Origin: Paraspadella gotoi
Lineage: Eukaryota > Animalia > Chaetognatha
Reading direction: 5' to 3'
Assembly (NCBI GenBank): GCA_051294375.1
Contig: CM119263.1
Location: 28,893,151 to 28,950,002, forward strand
DNA length: 56,852 nucleotides
Made by a program: the position numbers and the translations under genes
Notes under the pieces: generated by a model
The model's input: only the letters and a program-made list of their open reading frames with translations
Database searches by the model: none
What the model was told of the DNA's origin: nothing
Shown here: positions 14,020 through 26,844 of the stretch, one piece after another
How positions within the stretch are numbered: position 1 is the first letter of the stretch
Layout of the letters: the number at the start of each line of letters is the position of its first letter

Positions 14020-14220
14020 TATGGCACCGTGAGAGATGACACTCTGAGAGATGGCACCGTGAGAGGTGGCACAGTGAGAGATGGCATCTTGAGAGAGGGC
14101 ATTGTGAGAGGTGTCATCGTGAGAGATGGTACCGTGAGAGATGGTAACGTGAGAGATGGCACGATGAGAGTTAATAAAGTGAGAGATGGCATAGTAAGAG
14201 ATGGCACCCCAAGAGATGGC
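14020..14220. repeat. 15-bp minisatellite (second copy of the array)
   Basis: Strict 15-bp phase; yields (VRDGT)n on + and (HGTIS)n on -. Confidence 0.9.
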
Positions 14221-16187
14221 GCTATTTCCTTCGGGGGATGGCATGATGAACGAATGTAGCGGAAATAGGTTCAATGATTAATGTCAATGGGCCCATCATT
14301 CTATATCCCGAGGGGGCGCGAGAGTCGTCGTCGTTGTCGCCGTCGTCGTTCGTCGTTCGTCGTTCGTCGTTCGTCGTTCGTCGTTCGTCGTTCGTCGTCG
14401 GCGGCGGCGGCTATCTTTTCCCCGAATCCAGGGAATGAATAATCCCTGAGCCAATATTTCTTTCTTATTGTGAGATTAATGCCGTGGCGAGAGAAGGGAT
14501 AAGAGAGGTCAGGATTAAGAAAGGATGAGAATCAATGAGATTAAGGCGTGATGAGACTAAGGGAAATTAAGATAAATTAAGGAAAAAGGGAAAATAAAGG
14601 AAGAGAGTAAAGCAAAGCCAGTTAGGAAAGGTTGTTAGAGGCAAAAACATAAATTGATAACCGGCCATCGAAATTGTAGGCGACGAAATGAGAAGAGAAT
14701 TCCAAATGCAGACAAAGTGTTCCACCTTGTACCTAGTTTTCGGAAAGACAGTAATTTTCATGTCATTTTCATGTACTTTAATCAAATATGATAACTTATA
14801 TTTAATTTTAAAAAACTGGATTTAATACATCGAGATTTATTACTTAACAATGAAATAATCTCGCGCCGCCCAAATCATAAACGAGATCAAATTTTCTTCT
14901 CTATTTTTTTTTTGTGACTTAAAGTTCAGACGGCAAATAACTCACTCGATTCACCTCGTGACCTCGAAACGAAAATGAATCAAGGAAATAATTCACGGAG
15001 GCCCCCCCTCTCCCCCTCTCGATTGACTTTCGCAAGAAAAAAACAAAAAAATCTGAAACAAGTTATAATTCACTCAAAAAGTCAAAAGTCGAGATTCGAG
15101 ATTCGAGACATTTTGACCTCAAATGAGAAAAAAATCGAAAGGAAAAAGAAAATCAACTTCGCGGACAAAAACGATCTACTATTCTCACATCCTCTCTCGG
15201 GGACCGTCGGAGGTTGATTGGTCGCAGGGATGGGTGAGTTATATCACGAATTCCGGTGAGGTGCGAGAGGCTGGCTCGGGGGGGTGAAAGAAAGGTCGGG
15301 CGGGTAAAGGTTTTATCTCCCATCCCGTTCATTCTCTCATTTCGTTCCTCTCTCCTTCCTCTCTATTGATTTAGAATCCCGCTGTCCTTCCGATATTCCT
15401 ACTCAGAATAAAACAAACGTAAAATGGATTCCTCGCCGGAAAAGCTGTCGTGGCAAGGCGTAAGCACCAACCGGGCCCGTGGCAGCCAGTGTGCCGAGAG
15501 TGGTTGGGCATCGCCGTGACACAACCGAACATGAATTCGTCAAAGCGTGCGCTGATCTTCTCGTAATGGACAGTTACGTGGTCTCCCGGCCCGAAGGAAG
15601 ACTCCGGCATTTCCGGTCCCGTAGCGGCCACGCGATGTGCCGACCGCAGCCGCCGAACGCAGCACGCCGACGTATTAGCAGCCGCCGACAAGACCGGCTG
15701 TCGCTCGCAGCACCTTAAAAAGCCTCGCAAAACGTAATATTTGCATAACAAGGTCATCAGTCAGAACGCATTTCAATGATTACAAGACATATGTTCCAAA
15801 AAAAAAACTGCCTCCCCCGAATCATATTCATCTATTCTCTCATACCAAAGCTTCCCTTGCCTCTTCGTTCTTGCCTCCGCACCTTCCCCAATAATTCCGC
15901 TCACCCTTCCCCATCTCTTCCCTCCTTCCCCATCGTAATCCCCTCCCCCTTCCTCTCATTCCAGACTTGGGATCTCCTCAACCCGCCACTGTATGGCGGC
16001 CTGTTGCTCGGGTCAAGCGTGGCACCGCGGAGAGAGGATTTGATCGCCTTACACCTCTTCCTCCTCCATATTATACCTCCTCTTCCTCCTCCATCCGAGA
16101 TTTTCCTTTATTTGCAAAACCCTTCCCCCCCTAATAAGTGGTTTGAGAGGACGCTCGGAGTGACTCACAGTATCGAAAATTAAAAAC

Positions 16188-16224
<37 letters not shown>

Positions 16225-16373
16225 AAGAGAGAGAGAGGGAGAGAAGAAGAGAGAGAGAGAAAGAGGATGAGAGAGAGAGGAGAGAGAGAGGAGAGCCTTG
16301 GCTTGCCAGAGTTTTGGGGGTGTTTGAACGAGTCGAAGTGAGAGCGGAGAGAGAAGAGAGAGAGAGGAGAGAG

Positions 16374-16409
<36 letters not shown>

Positions 16410-16417
<8 letters not shown>

Positions 16418-18751
16418 GGAGAGAGAGATGTGTTGGTCCATCAAAGGCGAAAAAGTTAGATTAAGCACCTGGAAGAGTGAGCAAACAGCGCGAGTTGAGA
16501 ATGAAAAAAAACACATTTCAGTCAAAAAAATTCAAAATTATAAAAAACAAAAATAATAAAAGTCTTACGGATTTCTTAAAAGCACGAGAAAAGCGAGATA
16601 GAGTCAATAAGAAATTCCATTTCGTTCTGTGTTAATTTTTGGATGAGTCAGCAAAGGAAGAAAAGTTAATAAAGAGAGAAAATATACAGAGAATTTCGCA
16701 AATACGAAGCTAAACTTTGTTTCCCGATGACTCATGATATTTTGTGTCATCACACATAAAATGTTCACTGGTGAAAATACTAATAGCACTTCACAGCCTT
16801 CCGAGAATCCCTTCATTTCACGAAAGTGAACATATTCTTACTCATTCGAATCAAAAAAAATCGCTTCTTTCCCCGCTCTTTCATTAAACATGCATTCTGC
16901 TTTTTTTGCGTTCCTCAAAATGAAAAAAAAATTTCAGAAAATCAACAAAATTCTCGGATTCCTCAATTTCGATCGCGTTCAAAATAAAATAACAAAGACC
17001 CGAGACGGGGTTGGTCGTCGTCGTCGTCATTGTTGTTGTTGTCTTTGTTTTTCTTCTTTTTTTCGCTGTCAGATTCGATTTCCGAAAAAAAAAGTTTGAA
17101 AGAAAAAATTGATTAATTATTGTTTCGATTGGAAAAGGGATTCCATTTTATTTCGGCGCCGAGTGAGCGTTGGTTGATTTCTCCTGTGAGAGTGGTTGGT
17201 GAGTAGTGTTCTAATTCCTAGTGGGGTTGGGATGAAGACACTCGGCGAGTGGGTGGTCAGTCAAATGAAAACTGATTGGTTATTTTGAGGCAGCGTGTGA
17301 TCCTGCGTGCAATTGCAAAATTGATTGGTGATTCCGATATGGGTGGCTGGTGAAATATCTTTTTTGGATTTGGCGGGCCGGTGATTATCGCTGTGATGGG
17401 TGTAGATAAAAGTAACCGACGATCGATCCTCTATGAAAAATCGTCAAACAATTAATTTCATTTCGATTCTGAATCGATGAGGATTTGACTAAAACAAAAC
17501 ATCATCGACGACAGCGACATCTCGATTCTCGATAATGAAAACGAGACAGAAACAAATGAACAACAACTTTTTAATAATTCGGGACGATTTTCGCCGAAAC
17601 TGAATCAAGCAAAACGGACAAAATGTAATAACAGAATAATAAGTTCTGGGAATCAAACCAAGCAATATACAAGAAGGAATGGACCTAGCAAGCAATGACG
17701 TTTGACGTTTTGGTTCCTTTTTGTTCGATTAATCAAGGGAGAAGAAAAAATCGCGAAATGACAGGAAGGTTTTCTCTCACTTTTTTTTCCTTATTTTCTT
17801 ATTTCTTTTCTTTTATTCCTTCCTTTATTTTTTCCTTTGTCTTTGACAGGAAAGTTTCTATCTTTTCTTTTTTCTTCTTTTATTTCCTTCGCTTTCATTT
17901 TTCTTATGTCTTCTTTATTTTTTTTCATCGATTTAATAAATTCCACCCTTTTTTTTTTTTTTGCGAGTGAAAGAAGGAGAAAGAAAGAGAGAGGAGAGAA
18001 AAGGAAAGAGAAAAAATGGCAAAAAATGTGGGCTAAAACGAATAATAATTACCCATTAGTTCAATATGTAGTCAATAAAGATAGTTGTATTTTTATCAAT
18101 CATCATTTCGAGCAATAGAGTTAGACACACGAAGTTGGAAAAGAAGTAAAATACGAAGAAGAATTGAATATATTTGAATATTAATTAGAATTAACAATTT
18201 TAATTTATTCGTTAGTCAAGGTCAGCGAGAAATCTTTTTCCCGAGTCTAGGCACGAGTCGAGTTCAAGTCATGCAAACGTGCGAGAAGCACAACATTTTA
18301 AAAACAAAAGTTAACAACCATTTTCAGTATTCGTGCGAAATTAAGAACAATTTCATGGCGCAACAGTTCTCGGGCAGAACGGGAGCCCCACAGATAACCG
18401 CGTCGCGGCAGCACAGCGTCCCCCAGCAGCGTCGTAGCACAGCCGCAAGCAAGCTTGGAAACAAAAAAGCCGTCAAATGAAAGAGAAAAATCGTCGTAGG
18501 CGAAGCATAAAAATGCAAATCTAAAGCGACGGAAGAAGAGAAAAACAAAGCGAAGATAAAAATCAGAAAAATTCCAAAATCTTAAAAAGAAATTGAAAAA
18601 AAAAATCTCACGCAGCAGATACAAGTTGTTACGTATATATATTATATTATAATGAGATTAACATGAGCAATCAGAGACTGTTGGATAATTAAAAGTCAAC
18701 AGTGACTTTTGTGAATTAAAATTACTAGGCGATGCAGGGGAATGAGGAGGA

Positions 18752-18827
<76 letters not shown>

Positions 18828-19010
18828 AGAGTTGGGGAAGAATGACAGAGACAGAGTGAAGGGTGGAGAAGAGAGAAGACATTCGCAAACCGAAGATTAA
18901 TTGTCTTTATTGGTTCTCGCTCAACTCTCACGCGCTATAGTTTCTGTTTTTAATGCCGTTTATTTTTAGTAGAGAGAGAGAGAGAAGATGAGAGGAAGTA
19001 GGAGAGAGAC

Positions 19011-19045
<35 letters not shown>

Positions 19046-20824
19046 TGAGAGAGAGAGAAGAGAAGAGAAGAGGAGAGGCGTTATGTTGTGGTCGAAAGGC
19101 TGTTCGTCGTCGTTCGTCAATCCGTCGCGCCCATCGTCCGTTATAAACGAGAGTCAAACCGCGGCGGCCATTCATTATAAGATTGACACGAGACTGTTAT
19201 ATATTATAGCAGAAGCTATATGAGCAGCAGACTCTCTATTGCCCCAGGCACGTCATATGAGACCCAGAGGCCAACCCCCTAAACCAACCACCGAAACCAA
19301 CCCCCCCGCCCCATCTGACTTTCTCCCTTCAACGCTCCGGCCCTCCCACCCCCTCTTGCAAAACGTATTCCCTCACCCCATTAACGGGAACCGAAGAACC
19401 GAGTTTGAGTCCTCGTTGACGGATCAACAAGTGAAAGAAGAGACTTAGAAACGAATGCCATGCGCTTAGGTGTGGCAATGCATCTCTGAGAGTCAGCGAG
19501 AGAGAAAATGAACGTTATTCCGCAGCGGAAGGAGGCAGTTATCTTACAAATACTACTAAATTCAAATTCACGTACGTGCCAGTACGTACATTTTGTACGT
19601 GAAAGGCAAGTCATTCTCTAATTCCTGTCGTTGCCAACCGCTTGCTCTCAAACGTCGCTCCTTACCCTTTACGATGGCCATCGGCCTGCACACTGAGAGA
19701 GACGGACTGCGGTGGTTCGCGAACCATTTGGTTCGTGGAGAAGGAAAATTGAAGCAGGAGGGGAAGGGAAAGGAAGGAAAGGAAAGGAAAAGGAAAGGGA
19801 AGGAAAAGAAAAAAAGGGAAGAGGGAAGGAAGAGGAATAGGAAAGAAACGGAAGGAAAGGTAAGGAAAGGAAAGGAAAAGAGGAAAGGAAAGGAAAGGAA
19901 GAAGAACAGGAAAGGAAAGGAAAATGGAAAAATAGAGAAGGTGAAGAGGAGAAGGAAGAAGGAAGGGAGGAAGGGAAGGAAGAGGAAGAGGAGGAAAGAA
20001 GAAAGGATAAGGAAAGGAAGAAGGAAGGAAAGGAAAGGAAAGGAAAGGAAAGGAAAGAGGAAAGAAAGAAGGAAAGGGAAGAAAGTGAAAAATAGGAAGA
20101 AAAAAGATGAAGAAAGAAAGAAGAAAGAAAAGCAGGCAGCCAAGCCAAGCAGCAAGCAAACAACTTGAGTGTCGTCTTGATTGGTGTAAGAGAGAAAGTA
20201 CCAAAAGTGGTGTTTTTCATATTTTCAACCAAGGATGACGGAAACCACGGGTGAGACAGAAAAGAAAAAAAGAAAAAAAAGATAGAAAGATAGAAAGAAG
20301 AAAGAGCTCAGACTTCAGGAGTCACGTTCGTCGTCCCCTTTCAAATTTCTCACATTTTCACTCACCCTTCTCTTTCAAATCCACTACATCATCCACTACA
20401 GATACCCAATACATCATCCACTACAACATTCACTGCGTCTACTCCACTACCACGCACCATTAACTTACCCTAACCCTAAACCTCTTTATTTCTTTTCACA
20501 TTGTTGGAAAAATTACCAACTAAATCACTGAAATGTCCGACGGACAGACCAACACTAAAAGATAAAGAGTTCATCCTTTTTTTTGGAGACGGAGCCGACA
20601 GACCGACAGATCGCAGACACAGACCGACAGACCGATACAAAGGAAACAACTTTGTTCCGCGCGACCTCGCAAATAAAAGGGCAAAAAATCGAGGGAACAA
20701 CCGATTGTACACAAAAAGATAAAAGTTTTTTCTTTAAAAAAAAAAAAACTCATTGGGCAAAAAATCTTTGTGAGTTTCTCCCCAAATATTAAAGCAGAGT
20801 GACGGTTGTGGCTTTTGGAAGAGG

Positions 20825-20858
<34 letters not shown>

Positions 20859-20890
20859 CAGAGAGACAGAGAGACGAGAGAGAGAAGAGT

Positions 20891-20932
<42 letters not shown>

Positions 20933-21157
20933 CCGTTGTTGTTCGTGGTCTTTTAAAGATGATGGGGTATGAAAAGGGAAGACGAAGAAACGATGGCGAA
21001 AACGACGACGACCGACGACGACACGACACGAGACGACACGACGCGACGAAATAAAAAGACCTCGATTAATGAAAAGAATATAAAACAAATTTTGCGACGA
21101 AGATAAGAAGAGAAATCGAAAAAATGATGACGATGGATTGATGATGATGAATTGATG
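16410..21157 (+). repeat. Large direct repeat unit, copy 3
   Basis: Collinear with 290-4860 throughout (for example gagtcaataagaaatt, ggacctagcaagcaatgacgtttgacg, caacagttctcgggcagaacgggagcccca). Differences are mainly 1-nt indels. Ends at a 25-N gap. Confidence 0.95.
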
Positions 21158-21182
21158 NNNNNNNNNNNNNNNNNNNNNNNNN

Positions 21183-21739
21183 AAGAACAAGAAAGAATGC
21201 CCTGTGCACGGTGCGTCTTGACTGGCTCTCCGTCCGACAGCGTAAAGCAACGCGCGGAGTGGGGATACGGACCATTTTTACGAGAGATCATTATTCTCAC
21301 ATCCGGGACCGGGAGTGATTGGTGGGATTAGCGCCGCTGTCTTATTCGTTTCGTTCGATGAGTTATGGCTCCATCCGGCAGTTGATGCCCCTATGAAGAT
21401 AATACTGCTCCTCTCTCTCCACAGAGAAGAAAAGAATGCATGGGATTTGTTGATCGTAAATCAGGAGTGTGCTCTATGACGGTGCATGTATGTGGTGGAA
21501 TACGGATTTTCATTGGCGATCGATGTTTATTTCTCACATCCGTGCGATCCCCGTAGGTATACCCATTTTAGCTGACTTTTAGGTGAGGATGGCTGCTGAG
21601 ATTTAAACGTAAGTAATTATTGTTATGTCAGTGGTTGCCAGGCTGCTTTGAGGTTATAGGCTTTGCTGAAAAAAGTCAGAGCGGGTAAGGTTTATCCGTT
21701 CATATTTTTCACCCCGCGAGAGAATTACTTTCCATTATT
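21183..21739. repeat. Inverted copy of 7035-7591
   Basis: Reverse complement matches at both ends and at internal checkpoints; both copies touch a 25-N gap at the same base. Confidence 0.95.
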
Positions 21740-21981
21740 ATCGCCTTTATATCCGTATCCCACTCCCCGTTGCCTTACGTCAAACCAGCATTCTTTTCTT
21801 CTCGTCGAAAAGGGAGCAGTATTATCTTCATCACTCACCCATCACTCACCAATATCACTCACCAATATCTATCACCCATCCCCCGCCTATTCCTCGCCCA
21901 TATCACTCACCCATCCCAAATAAAAGAGTTATGTTCGCCCTTTTCATCTCCTCGATTTATGAATTTCCTTTTTTTTTCTAC

Positions 21982-23315
21982 NNNNNNNNNNNNNNNNNNN
22001 NNNNNNNNNNNNNNNNNNNNNNNNNNNNNNNNNNNNNNNNNNNNNNNNNNNNNNNNNNNNNNNNNNNNNNNNNNNNNNNNNNNNNNNNNNNNNNNNNNNN
22101 NNNNNNNNNNNNNNNNNNNNNNNNNNNNNNNNNNNNNNNNNNNNNNNNNNNNNNNNNNNNNNNNNNNNNNNNNNNNNNNNNNNNNNNNNNNNNNNNNNNN
22201 NNNNNNNNNNNAGAAAAGAAAAGAAAAGAAAAGAAAAGAAAAGAAGAGAAGCCTTCGATTCTTGATTTTGGGGGGGAAAGGGTTGCTGCAGAATGCTGCA
22301 GCGGAGAAGGGTTTTTGCTTTTGTGGGTAGTGCTGCGGCGGTGAGCAAGTGCAGCGGCGGTGGACGCGAGGGTTGGGGATCACGTGACTGTTTGATCCAG
22401 CGACGTGGCGGTAAAAATGAAGGATGATGTGAGATGTTGATTTGTGAGTTACGACATTTATAATTATAACCGAGATAATGTTATCGAATAAGATTTTAAC
22501 CTTGAAAGTGAAATGCTACCGAACAGTATGACCAAGATTAAAAAATCTAAAGAGGCTAAACAAATAAGTTTAAAAATAAAACGTGAACCAAATAATAAAA
22601 TTTCCAGCGAGAGAATTTTGAGGAGCAATTACTGACTTTGATCTAATGGCGAAGTAAACAGAGAGGGACGACAAAAGTGCCACGTCCTAGTGTCAAACGT
22701 GACACGAAGCAACATCAAAGGTGACTAGACGCGACAACATACGTGACGTGACGTGAGGCGACGACAAACGCAATGTGTCAAACGTGATCCGAAGCGGAGC
22801 TCAACCGTGACTAAACTTTGTGGCCTTTTCTATTTATAGAAATCAGCGTCTAATCGGAGGACGAAAAAAATGGCGGAAAGGGAAAATGGNNNNNNNNNNN
22901 NNNNNNNNNNNNNNNNNNNNNNNNNNNNNNNNNNNNNNNNNNNNNNNNNNNNNNNNNNNNNNNNNNNNNNNNNNNNNNNNNNNNNNNNNNNNNNNNNNNN
23001 NNNNNNNNNNNNNNNNNNNNNNNNNNNNNNNNNNNNNNNNNNNNNNNNNNNNNNNNNNNNNNNNNNNNNNNNNNNNNNNNNNNNNNNNNNNNNNNNNNNN
23101 NNNNNNNNNNNNNNNNNNNNNNNNNNNNNNNNNNNNNNNNNNNNNNNNNNNNNNNNNNNNNNNNNNNNNNNNNNNNNNNNNNNNNNNNNNNNNNNNNNNN
23201 NNNNNNNNNNNNNNNNNNNNNNNNNNNNNNNNNNNNNNNNNNNNNNNNNNNNNNNNNNNNNNNNNNNNNNNNNNNNNNNNNNNNNNNNNNNNNNNNNNNN
23301 NNNNNNNNNNNNNNN
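21982..23315. other. Sized scaffold gaps 21982-22211 (230 N) and 22890-23315 (426 N); also 33898-34122 (225 N) and 34219-34228 (10 N)
   Basis: Counted directly. Confidence 0.99.
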
Positions 23316-24707
23316 TTTGATTTAATTATTAATACTTATAATTATACTATTTATAATATTAACTAACTAAGAAAACCACGAACAAATCTATCCGGTGCGG
23401 ACATAACGGAGAGAAAAGAAACGAGGAATCAAAAAAAGGATGTTTTTAATCCCCAGACACAAACGCTGAGTTAATCACGGAAGCCTCCAGCGAATTAATG
23501 GGTCGTGCCCTCTATTCAGCGCCACTGATTGCTTGGCTTTCATTGATTTTTTTTTCGCAAGCTGATTTCTGTTCGTCTTTGGCTTTCACTGATTTCTACA
23601 CGTAGTTTGGATTCCGTTCTTTGCTTCGTGAGATGTTTCGCTCAACTTTTTCAAATAAAATTAAGTTCTTTCCTTAAATCTGTTTTCTTGTTTTAAATCC
23701 GCAAATCGAACTTTGTTTTCGTTTTTCGAGGAACATTTTTTAAATTTAAATTTTATAGATTTAATCTTCATCCTTAATTTTATAATTATGTTCTTTCGTT
23801 CATATACTTCCCTAAAAACTGTCAGGTTTGGGGCAGTGGATAAAGTTTCGGACGAGGTAAACCAGAGTGGATTTTTAGTGTAACTCACCCAAAGTTTTAA
23901 AACTAATCGCGCCATAAAATTAGAGTTGAAAAAAACAATTTCCCCAAGAAATGTTAGCATCCATAATTTCTACAATATGGTTTATCTTTGTTTAATCATT
24001 GATGGCGAATTAGTAGAAACAGATGTTTAAAAATGTGAATTACAATAGTGTAATTACTAACAAATTCTGCCCCCAATTTTTTTAAAATAACCGTTTTTCA
24101 CGATTATGAATTCCCTCATTTTGCACGTAAATCGATTTTAGTTTGGGGGGCGTGGCTCGGAGACCGAGAGACGACGACGACGACGACGATGAAGACGACG
24201 ACTACGACGACGACGATGAAGGCGACGACGACCAAAAACGAAATTCTCGATTTCCGAGAAAAAGAAAATCGAGTTTTTTTGGTTTAAAAATTAAAAAAGA
24301 GTAAAACATTGAAGAGAATTCCATTCAAAGGAGGAAGGAAGGAAAAAAGCGGAGGAAAGGGAGGAAAAAGAAAAATCTATTGGCTAAAAAGGAAGAAAAA
24401 AATAAAAAAAGAAAAGAAAATTAAAAGTAGAGCGGAAATGTGAAAAGTTGGTTTTGGGGATAGACTGGGAAATGGTGAAAAAAATAAGAATCAGTAAATA
24501 AAGTAAATAAAGAATAAAGAATAGAAAAATAAGAATAACAAAGAAATTAAAGCAGAAACTAGAGATTAGTGGAAAAGAAAGAGAAGAGAGAGAAAAGAGG
24601 GAGAGAGAGAGGGGCGCTGCGAAACTCTTCGAAAATCGGGAAACCCAGACACGACGTTCGCGCGTGCTTCTCTCTCTCTCTCTCTCCTCTCTGTCTCTCT
24701 CTCTCTC

Positions 24708-24740
<33 letters not shown>

Positions 24741-25071
24741 CTCTCTATCTCTTACACTCACGAACCGCCTCGTGCGTGCGCAATTTCGCGTTTCGCGAAC
24801 AACAACAACAACTATGGTTCCTCCAAATTCCCCCCGCACAAAAACCTTAACCTCCCCCCCAAAGCAGAGGAGCCCTTTCCCGCCTTTTCCCGACCGCCAT
24901 TTTTTTTTATAAAAAAAGAGTTTTTAATCGTTTTTAAATTAATCTACGTTTTACAAATTCAAAAGCGAGAAAAGCCATGCAATGTGAGTGTGTGTGAGAT
25001 TTTATCTGTGTGTGTGTGTCTCTAATTTTGGATCAAACAATATTTTTTTTTTGTTTTGGTCAGACGCTCGC

Positions 25072-25188
25072 ATTGTGGGCTCACGAAGAAGCGAAGGTAA
25101 GATCAGGGCCCACAGTGAACTAGCAACTGTGGGCTCACGAGGAAGCGAAGGTAAGATCAGGGCCCACAGTAAGCTAGCAACTGTGAGC
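25072..25188. repeat. 54-bp tandem repeat (~2.2 units), each unit an internal inverted repeat
   Basis: ACTGTGGGC (25126-25134) pairs with GCCCACAGT (25162-25170); unit 1 ATTGTGGGC (25072) pairs with GCCCACAGT (25108-25116). Confidence 0.9.
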
Positions 25189-25944
25189 TAAAGGAAAAGG
25201 TGCGTGCTCGAAGAAAAAAAAAGGTGTGCACCCAAAATGCGCGCGCGAACTGTGTGCTCACACGAACTGTGCAAAAAAAAACACAAATATTTTTTTCAGT
25301 GTGTGACAACGCCCCTTATCTCACATGCGAATTAATTAATAATCTTTTATTTTATATACACACGGAAACACACAGAGATACGCACACACACACGGAAATA
25401 GCTGATTTATCGCGTTTTATTTTTTTTCCTAATTTTTTATCCCAAAAAATAAAAAAAAAACAAAAGTGAAGCGTTTTCTCTCTCGGTCGCCCAAAGTTGT
25501 TTTGACTGATTCAATTATAAAATCGTTTTTAATAAAAAAAAAACTAATAAAAAAAAGCAACGACCGCGAGAATAAACTGGGATATTATATCTTTATTTAA
25601 TTTATATTTCCTTTTTACTATTTTTTTAAAAAAACAAATGCGATAATATATATATTTTTTCCGGCCTTTTTTTAAATTTCTACTCATTCCAAGCAGCGAA
25701 AACCGGGCGTATTAGTCTTTGTGGTGGGACGAGGGTTTAAATCTTTTATTTAAATTATACTTTAAACTTTGTTAACGTATTAAATATACGTCTCTTTTTA
25801 TTTTCTTTTCCTTTCAACAATTATTATTAATTAAGACAGCCTTTCTTGACGTTTTAATAATTCTTAATTATAAAATAATGAGAATCGTTACAAAGTCCGA
25901 GAATGTGGGAAGGGGAACATTGTGCTCAATTAGTCGCGAGGGAT

Positions 25945-26039
<95 letters not shown>

Positions 26040-26844
26040 CTCTTCTCACTCTGTTATGTCACTAATGGGAATTTTCGTAGAGGATATATAAATATAAATG
26101 AATATATATGCACGTTTGTTTAAATAGACTTACGCTCGGCCCTGGAACGCAGGTCGATCTGGGCGGCTGACCCGCTCGCCAACTCTTTAACAAGTCAAAT
26201 TTTTTTTGTAAAAAAATTGTCAAAAGAAAAATAACACAAATTAAATTTTGTTTCTTGTGTTTAAAATCGACTTCTTATTCATTTGATCATTTCAATCGTG
26301 TTTTTTTTTTCTCAGAAAACAAATTACGAAACACATTTGGCAGCAAAAGAACGCTATATTGTCAATTTTTTGTTTGTTTTGTTTTTGTTTTTTCTTTTTC
26401 TTTTTTGAACCTTCTTTTTTTTTTATCTGGCACCAAAACAACAAGAGAGTTTTTCCCTCTCTCTAAAATCCACTGGGATTGACGTGTTCTTGATAAACTC
26501 TTTTCGCGAAAGGTCAAAACGAGTGGAAAAAAAAAAGAAGAAATAAAAAAAAGAAAAGAAAATAAAAGAAAAAACCCGCATTGGTCTCTCTCACCCTACT
26601 TCACCCCCCCCCTTGCTACAAACTCCCCCTGTATTGAAGGGTCACAGAAAAACGATCGAAATTCATGAAGTTTTTGAGTTTCAAACAGAAAAAAACAGCA
26701 AAAAAATCAAAAACAAATTAATTCGTGAAATATAAAAAAAATCACACAATCAAACAGGCAAATCAAATTTTTTTACGACTCACTTTTTTTTCTCTTAAAA
26801 CGAAACCTTACCCTCTTGCCCAAACTCAGCCTTTTTGAACTCAC

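Larger units (their letters stand above)
7617..15165 (+). repeat. Large direct repeat unit, copy 2 (mosaic of very noisy, identical and moderately noisy parts)
   Basis: 7617-7790 repeats 3780-3960. ~7800-11500 is an insertion-rich version of ~1000-3440. ~11600-13203 appears identical to ~3500-5100 (offset 8105), including microsatellite lengths. 13229-15165 matches 5100-7030 with small indels. Confidence 0.92.

Noticed and set aside
15371-15757. Minus ORF containing HYEKISARF, reminiscent of IS5-family transposase C-termini
   Set aside because: Only a few residues match; no DDE motifs and no terminal inverted repeats.
19665-19705. Possible small minus-strand exon (cgcag|TCCGTCTCTCTCAGT...AAAGG|gtaagg, SVSLSVQADGHRK)
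   Set aside because: No motif match, not the expected next semaphorin sequence, and its length differs among copies.
21770-23325. ORFs spanning N runs
   Set aside because: Their length comes from gap characters.
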